A DNA stretch of 27,237 bases from Phycisphaerales bacterium (GTDB lineage: Bacteria > Planctomycetota > Phycisphaerae > Phycisphaerales > SM1A02), in the NCBI GenBank assembly GCA_044369805.1, contig JBILWQ010000001.1:1-27237 (forward strand). The letters run 5' to 3'. The stretch's first letter is position 1, and the number at the start of each line of letters is the position of its first letter. This document shows positions 1 to 8,513 of this stretch, piece after piece. Position numbers and translations under genes: made by a program. Below the pieces are notes generated by a model. It saw nothing but the letters and a program-made list of their open reading frames with translations, searched no databases and was not told the origin of the DNA.

Positions 1-412
<412 letters not shown>

Positions 413-564
413 CAGGATCTGTAGACGGTGGGTCGAGGGAGACCTCGATCGCCGAAGATCCGTTCACACATCTCTCGCCCGACACCGCTTGGTGAACGCC
501 AGGCAACGTCGGATAGTCCAGCGGCAACGCTGGGCGAAGGCCTCCAACTGTTCCTTGATCGTTC

Positions 565-604
565 CACAGGGCCCCGTCGTTTTCGGCGGGGCCCTGTGCT
601 TTTT
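565..604 (+). terminator. Intrinsic (Rho-independent) terminator ending the 16S transcript
   Basis: 15-bp stem CACAGGGCCCCGTCG (565-579) / CGGCGGGGCCCTGTG (584-598), one G-U pair, TTTT loop, followed by CTTTTT. Confidence 0.85.
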
Positions 605-626
605 CCTGTGCGGGTACAACCCCCGC

Positions 627-1943
627 ATGGGCACAGGTCCCGACGCTCCTGCCGCTTCGCGAACCCCCTGGCTGGCGGTGCTGGTGGCCTCGCTGGGCTA
701 CTTCGTCGATCTGTACGACCTGGTCATCTTCAGCGTGGTTCGGGTGCCGAGCCTTGGCGTGAAGGGTCTTGGGCTTCCAGAGGCGAGCGACGCCGCCGCC
801 GTGGGTTTCTGGGATGGCGTGGTGCGCTCGTTCGGGATCCTGCTGGGTCGGGTGCAAGGTGACGTGACCAGCGCCGGCGCCGCCATACTCGATGTGCAAC
901 TGACGGGCATGGTGATCGGCGGCTTCCTGTGGGGCATCCTGGGCGACCGAAGGGGTCGATTGACCACGCTGTTCGGATCGATCGCGCTGTATTCGACGGC
1001 GAACCTGCTGAACGCGTTCGTGCAGACCGTGCCCCAGTATGCGGCGCTCCGCTTCGTGGCGGGTATCGGGCTGGCGGGCGAACTTGGCGCCGGCGTGACG
1101 CTGGTGAGCGAGCTGATGAACCGTCATCATCGCGGTTGGGGCACCATGGTGGTGGCCTTCGCGGGCATGTTCGGCCCGGTGGCCGCCAGTCTGGTGGGCG
1201 GCTGGGTGGACTGGCGCCATGCCTACATGATCGGAGGCGGCATGGGCTTCGCACTGCTGGCGCTCCGCATCGGCCTGGTGGAGAGCGGGATGTTCCGACG
1301 CAGCGAGCGGGAGCATGGGCGTCGGGGCGACCTTCGCATGCTCTTCGGATCGTGGGACCGGCTGCGGCGGCTGGCGTGCGTGGTGGGACTGGGGTCGCCC
1401 ATCTGGTTCGTGGGCGGCGTGGTCTTCGTGTTTGGCCCTGAACTGGCCCGCGCGGTGGGCTGCCAGGGGTCCGTGAAGGCGGCGACCGTGGTGCTCTGCG
1501 GCTATCTGGGCGCGGCGGCGGGGGACCTGATGTCCGGGGCCGCAAGCCAGTGGCTTCGAAGCCGGCGGGCCGCGATCGCTGGCGCGATCCTGACGCTGGC
1601 GTGCGGGCTGACGGCCTTGCTGATGCTCGGAGGTCGCGGGCCAGCCTGGTTCTACGCGTGCACCGCGATCGCGGGCTTCGCCACCGGCTACTGGGCAGTG
1701 TTCGTGACCGTGGCGGGCGAGACTTTTGGCACCAACCTGCGGGCGACCGTGGCCACCAGTGCCCCCAATCTGGTTCGATGGTCGGCGGTCATCTGGGTGA
1801 ATGCCTGGGGTGCATTGAAGGGGCCCATGGGTGCGGGCCGTGCGGCGGCCTGCGTGGCCGCGGTGGCGATCCTGGTGGGGCTGCTGAGCGTGTGGCGGTT
1901 GCCAGAACCCTTTGGACGCGACCTGGACTGGGAAGAGACCTGA
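627..1943 (+). CDS. Major facilitator superfamily transporter
   Basis: YFVDLYDL first helix, motif A GILGDRRGRLTTL, LRFVAGIGLAGELG, GETFGTNLRAT, about 12 hydrophobic segments. The start is moved from 489 to ATG 627 because 489-626 is the rRNA trailer and terminator. Confidence 0.9.
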   Translation: MGTGPDAPAASRTPWLAVLVASLGYFVDLYDLVIFSVVRVPSLGVKGLGLPEASDAAAVGFWDGVVRSFGILLGRVQGDVTSAGAAILDVQLTGMVIGGFLWGILGDRRGRLTTLFGSIALYSTANLLNAFVQTVPQYAALRFVAGIGLAGELGAGVTLVSELMNRHHRGWGTMVVAFAGMFGPVAASLVGGWVDWRHAYMIGGGMGFALLALRIGLVESGMFRRSEREHGRRGDLRMLFGSWDRLRRLACVVGLGSPIWFVGGVVFVFGPELARAVGCQGSVKAATVVLCGYLGAAAGDLMSGAASQWLRSRRAAIAGAILTLACGLTALLMLGGRGPAWFYACTAIAGFATGYWAVFVTVAGETFGTNLRATVATSAPNLVRWSAVIWVNAWGALKGPMGAGRAAACVAAVAILVGLLSVWRLPEPFGRDLDWEET

Positions 1944-1989
1944 GGGCGGCCGTTGCGGCATGCGGGGCAGCCATGCCGATGAAGAGCGC

Positions 1990-2706
1990 ATGGCTGAAAC
2001 GCCCACCCATCCGCATCGGACACGCCGTCACGAGATTGAGGCGCTGACGAGCCCCATCCGCTGGCTTCGCAACCGTTCCATGCCCGTGCTGGCGCTGACG
2101 ATCCTGGTGCTGGTCGTGCAGCCGTTCTTCAACGAGCCCGGAAAGCCATCGCCGCAATTCATGGCCTATGCATTCGCCTTCATCCCGGTCTTCGGACTGG
2201 TCATGCTGGGTCGGAGGCCGGGCCTGATCATCGCGCTCACGGCAGCCTCGATCGGCGCGTTCACGCTTGGCGTGGTCGAGTCGCGGAGCATGGAGACGCT
2301 CCTGATCGGCTGGATCGGGCTGCTGAACATCGGGCTGTATCTGGGCGTGATCGCGCTGCTCGCGAAGATCGTCTTCCAGTCCTCCTCGCTGGTGGACGAC
2401 CGGGTGTACGGCGGCGTGGCCGTGTACCTGCTGGTGGCGATCGTGTTCAGCTTCATCCACCACCGGATCGGCCTCACCTCGTCCTCGGCGTACCTGAACA
2501 CCGTGGATCGGGCGGCGCCGCCGATGAACTGGTCCGACTACCTCTACTTCAGCTTCACGGCATTCACCACGAGCGGATTCGGCGACATCGTGCCGGCGAA
2601 CCCGTTCGCCAAGGCGGCCACCTCGATCGAGAGCGTGCTGGGCGTGCTGTTCCCCGCGGTGCTGATCGCGCGGCTGATCAACCGGGACTTCGTGCCCCGG
2701 GCATGA
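1990..2706 (+). CDS. Potassium channel family protein (Ion_trans_2-like pore domain with extra N-terminal TM helices)
   Basis: Pore helix and filter WSDYLYFSFTAFTTSGFGDIVP followed by a TM helix (IESVLGVLFPAVLIARLI). Start uncertain; ATG 1990 avoids overlap with the MFS gene. Confidence 0.8.
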   Translation: MAETPTHPHRTRRHEIEALTSPIRWLRNRSMPVLALTILVLVVQPFFNEPGKPSPQFMAYAFAFIPVFGLVMLGRRPGLIIALTAASIGAFTLGVVESRSMETLLIGWIGLLNIGLYLGVIALLAKIVFQSSSLVDDRVYGGVAVYLLVAIVFSFIHHRIGLTSSSAYLNTVDRAAPPMNWSDYLYFSFTAFTTSGFGDIVPANPFAKAATSIESVLGVLFPAVLIARLINRDFVPRA

Positions 2707-2724
2707 AGGCGGGATGCGTGCAGG

Positions 2725-3456
2725 TCAGTCGTTGAAGCCGGAGATGTAGCCGTTGCCACCCATGGCGAAGGGGTTCCAGTCGCCGACGGCGCTGCCGTAG
2801 CTCCAGGCCTGGCCGCCCACATCGCCGCCCATGCCGCCGCCCATGAGTTCCGGGTTGGGGGCAGGACCGCTCCAGACGGCGGGGTTGACGCTGTTCTGGT
2901 ACTCGCCCGCGAGCGTGTTCATGGGGGCCGGATTGCCTGGACCCACCGGCGCCGTCATCCAGCGATTGCCGGTTCCGCCGCGGGTGGCCGGATTCACGTA
3001 CTGCGGCGTGGCGTACCCCGGGGCGCCGGAGGCCGTGAAGGCTCCGGTGCCGTAGTAGTGATAGTGATAGTGCACGCCCTGGTTGGCCTGCGCCTGCATC
3101 GCCGCGGGGTCGACCATGCCGCCGGGATTGTTGTAGCCCGCGTTGGGGGCCACGGGCATGGGCTGAGGCGGCGTCTGGCCGATGGGCACCTGCACGTCCG
3201 AACCCGTGGTGTCGCCTGAACCCTGCGCCGAGTTGATGGGGACCTGGTAATCGCGGCTGAGGGAAGCCGCGTCCTCGGCCCGGCCTTCGGCAGAGGGAGG
3301 CATCTGCGGCATCTGTCGCGGACGCCGGGCACCCTGCGAAGCGGGCGGGTTCTGTGGGGCGGCCTGCGGTGCGGCTCCCTGAGCGAGCGCGAGCGATCCC
3401 CAGAGGGCACAGCCGGCGGCGAGCATGGAGAAGGTGTGGCGGGTGTCGAGGCTCAT
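2725..3456 (-). CDS. Hypothetical secreted, low-complexity (G/P/Q/N/Y-rich) protein
   Basis: N-terminal signal-like segment (MLAAGCALWGSLALAQ). Fills the gap between convergent and divergent neighbours. TAGACT box 6 nt upstream of the ATG. Confidence 0.7.
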   Translation of the reverse strand: MSLDTRHTFSMLAAGCALWGSLALAQGAAPQAAPQNPPASQGARRPRQMPQMPPSAEGRAEDAASLSRDYQVPINSAQGSGDTTGSDVQVPIGQTPPQPMPVAPNAGYNNPGGMVDPAAMQAQANQGVHYHYHYYGTGAFTASGAPGYATPQYVNPATRGGTGNRWMTAPVGPGNPAPMNTLAGEYQNSVNPAVWSGPAPNPELMGGGMGGDVGGQAWSYGSAVGDWNPFAMGGNGYISGFND

Positions 3457-3462
3457 GAGGGA

Positions 3463-3501
3463 AGTCTACGCGGATCCCGGCAGCATCCTCGCCGGTAGGA
3501 T
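3463..3501. promoter_or_regulatory. Divergent -10 boxes: TAGACT (minus strand, 3463-3468) for the 3456 gene and TAGGAT (plus strand, 3496-3501) for tkt
   Basis: TANNNT hexamers 6 and 9 nt upstream of the respective ATGs, with no SD sequence. Confidence 0.55.
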
Positions 3502-3510
3502 CCATTTTCC

Positions 3511-5652
3511 ATGACCACCGCCACCGCCGCCGTCGACGTGAAGAGCGCCTTCCCCCATCTGGACGCGGGCACGCCCGGGGATGTTCCGGGCATCGACGCC
3601 CTGGCCATCAACACCATCCGCACGCTCTCGATGGATGGCGTGCAGGCCGCCAACAGCGGACATCCGGGCACGCCCATGGCGCTGGCTCCGGTGGCGTACG
3701 CCCTGTGGCAGCGGGTGCTGAACTTCGATCCCGCGGATCCGCGGTGGCCCGGTCGCGACCGTTTCGTGCTCAGCAACGGGCACGCCAGCATGCTGCTCTA
3801 TTCCATGCTGCACCTCTCGGGCACGCAGGCGATCGATCGCGAACTGAAGCCCACGGGCAAGCCCGCGGTCTCACTGGATGACCTGAAGGGATTCCGCCAG
3901 ATGCACACCCGGTGCCCGGGTCACCCCGAGCATGGATGGACCGCCGGCGTGGAGACCACCACCGGGCCTCTGGGGCAGGGCCTGGCGAATTCGGTCGGCA
4001 TGGCCATGGCGGAGCGGTGGCTGGCGGCCACCTACAACCGTCCGGGCTTCGAGCTCTTCGACTACCGCGTGTACGCGATCTGCGGTGACGGATGCATGAT
4101 GGAGGGAATCAGCGGCGAGGCCGGGAGCCTGGCGGGTCATCTGAAGCTCGACAACCTGGTGTGGATCTACGACAACAACCACATCACCATCGAGGGCAAG
4201 ACCGACCTGGCGTACAACGACGATGCGGCGGTGCGGTACCTGGGCTACGGATGGAACGTGCTTCGCGTGGGTGACGCCAATGACCTCGATGCCATGGAGC
4301 GAGCCCTTCGCACCGCCGAGGCCACCAAGGGTCGCCCGACCCTGATCATCGTGGACAGCCACATCGGCTGGGGATCGCCTGGTCGCCAGGACACCAAGGA
4401 GGCGCACGGCGAGCCGCTGGGTGACGAGGAGATCCGCAGGACGAAGCGCATCTACGGCTGGCCCGAGGACGCGAAGTTCCTGGTGCCTGAGGGGGTTCGG
4501 GAGCGGTTCGCGCGGGGCGTGGGCGACCGCGGGGCGCAGGCCAGCGCCGCGTGGCGGAAGCTCTTCGAGGGGTATGTGGCCGCATTCCCGAAGGAGGCCG
4601 CGGAACTTCGATGCATCTTCGCGGGCACGCTGCCCGTGGGTTGGGACAAGGCCCTCTCGGCGTTCCCCACCGATGCCAAGGGCATGGGCAGTCGCGTCTC
4701 TGGTGGCAAGGTGCTCAACGCGATCGCGCAGGGCGTGCCCTGGATGGTTGGCGGCAGCGCGGACCTTGCCCCGAGCACGAAGACCCTGCTCACCTTCGAT
4801 GGGGCCAAGGAGAGTTTCCAGCACGCCACGCCGGGGGGCCGAAACCTTCACTTCGGCATCCGTGAGCATGCCATGGGCGCCATCTGCAATGGCCTGACCC
4901 TCAGCGGCCTGCGGGCGTATGGCAGCGGCTTCCTGATCTTCAGCGACTACATGCGAGGATCCATGCGGCTGAGCAGCATCATGGAACTTCCGGTGCTCTT
5001 CATCTTCACGCACGACTCGATCGGCGTGGGGGAGGATGGACCCACCCACCAGCCCATCGAGCAGGTGCCGGGCCTTCGTGCCATTCCGGGTGTGTGCGTG
5101 TTCCGGCCGGGCGACGCGAACGAGGTGGCGGAGTGCTACCGATCGGCCATGCAGTTCCATGGACCGAGCATCATGGCGCTGTCAAGGCAGGACCTGCCCA
5201 CGCTGGACCGCACGAAGTTCGGCGCCGCCTCGGGGTGTGCCCGCGGTGCCTATGTGCTGAGCGAGTCCGAGGGAGGGTCGCCTCAGGCGATCGTGATCGC
5301 CACCGGCAGCGAGATCCACCTGGCGCTGGCCGCTCAGACGCAACTGGCCCAGGAGGGCGTGCGGGTGCGTGTGGTGAGCATGCCGTGCTGGGAACTCTTC
5401 GAGCGGCAGGATGAGGCGTACCGCGACCAGGTGCTGCCGCCCACCGTGCGCGCGCGCACCGCGGTGGAGATGGCCGCCGACTTCGGCTGGGGCCGATGGG
5501 TGGGTCTTGAGGGGACCACGGTCTGCATGCGGAGTTTCGGGGCCAGCGCCCCCGCGAAGCAGGTGATCGAGCACTTCGGCTTCACGCCCGCAAAGGTGGT
5601 GGAGGCGGTGAAGGCGTCCATGGCCCGCGTGGCCAGGGCGGGTGGCCGGTGA
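3511..5652 (+). CDS. tkt: Transketolase
   Basis: [39 protein letters not shown], ThDP motif [35 protein letters not shown]. Confidence 0.98.
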   Translation: MTTATAAVDVKSAFPHLDAGTPGDVPGIDALAINTIRTLSMDGVQAANSGHPGTPMALAPVAYALWQRVLNFDPADPRWPGRDRFVLSNGHASMLLYSMLHLSGTQAIDRELKPTGKPAVSLDDLKGFRQMHTRCPGHPEHGWTAGVETTTGPLGQGLANSVGMAMAERWLAATYNRPGFELFDYRVYAICGDGCMMEGISGEAGSLAGHLKLDNLVWIYDNNHITIEGKTDLAYNDDAAVRYLGYGWNVLRVGDANDLDAMERALRTAEATKGRPTLIIVDSHIGWGSPGRQDTKEAHGEPLGDEEIRRTKRIYGWPEDAKFLVPEGVRERFARGVGDRGAQASAAWRKLFEGYVAAFPKEAAELRCIFAGTLPVGWDKALSAFPTDAKGMGSRVSGGKVLNAIAQGVPWMVGGSADLAPSTKTLLTFDGAKESFQHATPGGRNLHFGIREHAMGAICNGLTLSGLRAYGSGFLIFSDYMRGSMRLSSIMELPVLFIFTHDSIGVGEDGPTHQPIEQVPGLRAIPGVCVFRPGDANEVAECYRSAMQFHGPSIMALSRQDLPTLDRTKFGAASGCARGAYVLSESEGGSPQAIVIATGSEIHLALAAQTQLAQEGVRVRVVSMPCWELFERQDEAYRDQVLPPTVRARTAVEMAADFGWGRWVGLEGTTVCMRSFGASAPAKQVIEHFGFTPAKVVEAVKASMARVARAGGR

Positions 5653-6104
5653 AGGTCGCGATCGCCTCGGACCACGCGGGATTGTCCCTGAAGCGGGCGA
5701 TCCATCCGCTCGTGGCGCAGCTGGGTCACGAGGTGCTCGACCTAGGGGCGCATGCCGACGACCCCAACGACGACTACCCGGACTTTGCGCTGGCGCTCGG
5801 ACGTGCCGTGGCCAGCGGCCGCGCGGAGCGAGGCCTGCTCCTCTGCGGAAGCGGCATTGGCGCCAGCGTGGCGGTCAACAAGGTGGACGGCATCCGTGCC
5901 GGCAACTGCATGGACCACTACTCGGCTCACCAGGGGGTGGAGCACGACGACATGAACGTGCTGGTGCTCGGTGGCCGCGTGGTGGGTGCCGCGGTGGCGG
6001 AGGAGATGGTCCGCGCCTTCCTGGCCGCCCGATTCACCGGCGAGCCCCGTCACCAACGGCGGCTGCAGAAAGTGCTGGCCATCGAGAAGGCCCGCGGGGC
6101 CTGA
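5649..6104 (+). CDS. rpiB: Ribose-5-phosphate isomerase B
   Basis: [47 protein letters not shown] overlap with the tkt stop. Confidence 0.96.
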   Translation: MKVAIASDHAGLSLKRAIHPLVAQLGHEVLDLGAHADDPNDDYPDFALALGRAVASGRAERGLLLCGSGIGASVAVNKVDGIRAGNCMDHYSAHQGVEHDDMNVLVLGGRVVGAAVAEEMVRAFLAARFTGEPRHQRRLQKVLAIEKARGA

Positions 6105-6162
6105 GACTTCCCGGGCACGGGCGGGGTAGGATCCGTGCTTCGCACTTTCCACGGAGAGAAAC

Positions 6163-7098
6163 ATGCCGCGCCACCTGATTGCAACGACCCTGCTGATTGC
6201 CGCCTCCGCGTTCGCCTCGCCGCCGCCGGAAGGCGACTACGCCACGCTGCCGCCTGATCCAGTGGAGATGGAGTCGGTGCTGGGTGGCCTGAAGGTGGAC
6301 ATGGCTGCCGCGGCCGCGATTGCCGAGAAGGCGGGGGGCAAGGTCAGCGCGATCCGTCTGGTCGACGAGGGTGGCCGGAAGGCCTACGAGGTGATCGTGG
6401 TCGACGGCGGGATGTCCAAGCGTGCCACCGTGGACGCAGAGACCGGCGCCCTGAGCATGGCGAGGCTGGGTGCCGCCGAGGCGTCGGCTGCGGCCCTGGC
6501 GAAGGTGCCGGGCAAGGTGGGACTGCTGGCGCTCGATGCCAACGGCGAGACCCCGAACTGGCGCGTGATGGTGTTCGCGCAGGGCAAGGCGCACCAGGTG
6601 GTGGTGAACGCCGTCGATGGGTCGATCGTCTCCGACACGCTGCAACCCCGCTTCCCCGGCGAGTCCACGGAGTCCGCGATGCAGGGCACGCCGGGCGGAC
6701 TTCGCTGGATCGTGATGCAGGAGGGCACCGGCGCCCAGCCCAAGGGCGCCGACTCGCGGGTGAAGGTGAACTATGCCGGCTACCTGGTCGACGGCACCCT
6801 GTTCGACAGCAATGCCAAGACCGGCAAGCCCATCGAGTTTCCGCTCAACCGCGTGATCAAGGGATGGTCCGAAGGCGTGGCGGCCATGAAGGTGGGTGAG
6901 AAGCGGAAGTTGATCATTCCGTGGGCCCTGGCCTACGGCGAGATGGGACGACCGCCTCAGATCCCGCCCAAGGCCACGCTCATCTTCGACGTGGAGCTGG
7001 TGGATGCGGACATGCCACCGCCGGGTGCGCCCCCTGCGAATGTCCCCTCCGGCTCGCAGCCTGTGCAGGGCGAGGCCGTGCCGAAGCCGGGTTGCTGA
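6163..7098 (+). CDS. Secreted FKBP-type peptidyl-prolyl isomerase with two N-terminal PepSY-like domains
   Basis: Signal peptide. Two repeats of the pattern A..A...GKV..I.L......YEV......V.VDA.TG. FKBP motifs [63 protein letters not shown]. Confidence 0.88.
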   Translation: MPRHLIATTLLIAASAFASPPPEGDYATLPPDPVEMESVLGGLKVDMAAAAAIAEKAGGKVSAIRLVDEGGRKAYEVIVVDGGMSKRATVDAETGALSMARLGAAEASAAALAKVPGKVGLLALDANGETPNWRVMVFAQGKAHQVVVNAVDGSIVSDTLQPRFPGESTESAMQGTPGGLRWIVMQEGTGAQPKGADSRVKVNYAGYLVDGTLFDSNAKTGKPIEFPLNRVIKGWSEGVAAMKVGEKRKLIIPWALAYGEMGRPPQIPPKATLIFDVELVDADMPPPGAPPANVPSGSQPVQGEAVPKPGC

Positions 7099-7099
7099 C

Positions 7100-7342
7100 A
7101 TGGCCGCTCGTCGGGCGATTGTCGCGATGATCCTGAGCGTGCTTGGGGCCTGCGAGGAGTCTGCGCCGCAGCCGAACGGTCAGGCCCCATCGGGCCGTCG
7201 CACGAGCACCTATGGCAAGGCCATGGACCGTGCCGAGGACCTGCAGAAGGAAGTGGCGGAGTACAACCGGCAGATCGAGCGGACCATCGAGCAGGGCTCC
7301 GCGGCGGAACCTTCGAAGCCGCCCGCGCCGAAGCGGCCCTGA
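7100..7342 (+). CDS. Small predicted lipoprotein (80 aa)
   Basis: Basic N-terminus, hydrophobic stretch, lipobox LGA-C, then a coiled-coil-like segment. The ATG lies 1 nt after the FKBP stop. Confidence 0.6.
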   Translation: MAARRAIVAMILSVLGACEESAPQPNGQAPSGRRTSTYGKAMDRAEDLQKEVAEYNRQIERTIEQGSAAEPSKPPAPKRP

Positions 7343-7348
7343 GCGGCG

Positions 7349-8479
7349 CTACAGCGCGCCGAGCCGGTCGGGGTTCAGGCCCTCGAGGTCCTTCACCGTG
7401 AACAGGCCATCGCGCCGGATCACCTCGCCGTCGAAGGCGATGGTGCCGCCGCCGTGTTCGGGCCGCTGGATGCAGACCAGATCCCAGTGGATCTCGCTGC
7501 GGTTGCCGTTCTCGGTCTCCTCGTAGCAGCGACCGGGCGTGAAGTGGAAGCTGCCGGCGATCTTCTCGTCGAAGAGGATGTCCTTCATGGCCTCTCGGAT
7601 GTGCGGGTGGAAGCCGATGGCGAACTCGCCGATGTAGCGGGCACCCTCGTCGGTGTCGAAGATGCTCTCGAGCAGCTTGCGGTCGCCACCCGCGCAGTCG
7701 CACTTCACCACCTTGCCCTTGCGGAACTCCAGGCGGATGTCGCTGAACGAGTTGCCGTTGTGCAGGGTGGGGGTGTTGTACTGCAGGACGCCCTCGACGC
7801 TGTCGCGCACGGGCGCCGTGAAGACCTCGCCATCGGGGATGTTGCGGTCGCCGCAGCAGGGCACCACGCCGATGCCCTTGATGCTGAAGCGGAGATCGGT
7901 GGGGCCGGGGCCCTTGATGTGCACCTGGTCGGTGCGCTTCATGCGATCGACCAGGGGCTGGGCGGCCGCGTTCATGCGGGCGTAGTCGAGCGTGCAGACA
8001 CGGAAGTAGAAGTCCTCGAACTCCTCGGTGCTGCGCTGGGCCAGCTGGGCCATGCTGGCGCTGGGCCACCGCAGCACGCACCATCGGGTGTGGTTCACGC
8101 GCTGGTCGAAGTGCACGGGCTTGGCGTAGAGGCGGCCCCAGGCCTTCATCTGCGCGTCCGGGACGCCCGACATCTCGCTGGCGTTGTCGGCGCCCCGGAT
8201 GCCGATGTAGCACTGCATGCGCTTCATGCGCTCCAGGTCATAAGCCCCCCAGGTGCGCAGGGCCTCCTCGCCGCCGAGGTTCAGGGCCCGCATGACGCGC
8301 ATGCTGCGTTGGGCGACGTGCGCGTGTCCGCCGGCCTTCTGGACCTGCTCCACGAGCGCGGCAGCCACGAAATCGGGGCAGTCGAAGGTCTCGATGAGGA
8401 CATGGTCGCCTGCGCCGGTGCGGACGGAGTGGTTCACGAGCAGTTCCGCGAGCTTGCGGACGCGTGGGTCGGTGAGCAT
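7349..8479 (-). CDS. Aminopeptidase, peptidase family M29 (AmpS/PepS/AmpT type)
   Basis: NIPDGEVFTAP, ARYIGEFAIG, ILFDEKIAGSFHFTPG, NRSEIHWDLV, FDGEVIRRDG: the M29 metal-ligand motifs are intact. Confidence 0.93.
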   Translation of the reverse strand: MLTDPRVRKLAELLVNHSVRTGAGDHVLIETFDCPDFVAAALVEQVQKAGGHAHVAQRSMRVMRALNLGGEEALRTWGAYDLERMKRMQCYIGIRGADNASEMSGVPDAQMKAWGRLYAKPVHFDQRVNHTRWCVLRWPSASMAQLAQRSTEEFEDFYFRVCTLDYARMNAAAQPLVDRMKRTDQVHIKGPGPTDLRFSIKGIGVVPCCGDRNIPDGEVFTAPVRDSVEGVLQYNTPTLHNGNSFSDIRLEFRKGKVVKCDCAGGDRKLLESIFDTDEGARYIGEFAIGFHPHIREAMKDILFDEKIAGSFHFTPGRCYEETENGNRSEIHWDLVCIQRPEHGGGTIAFDGEVIRRDGLFTVKDLEGLNPDRLGAL

Positions 8480-8513
8480 GGCGAGAGGCTACGGCCTTCG
8501 CGGGCCCGCGTCC

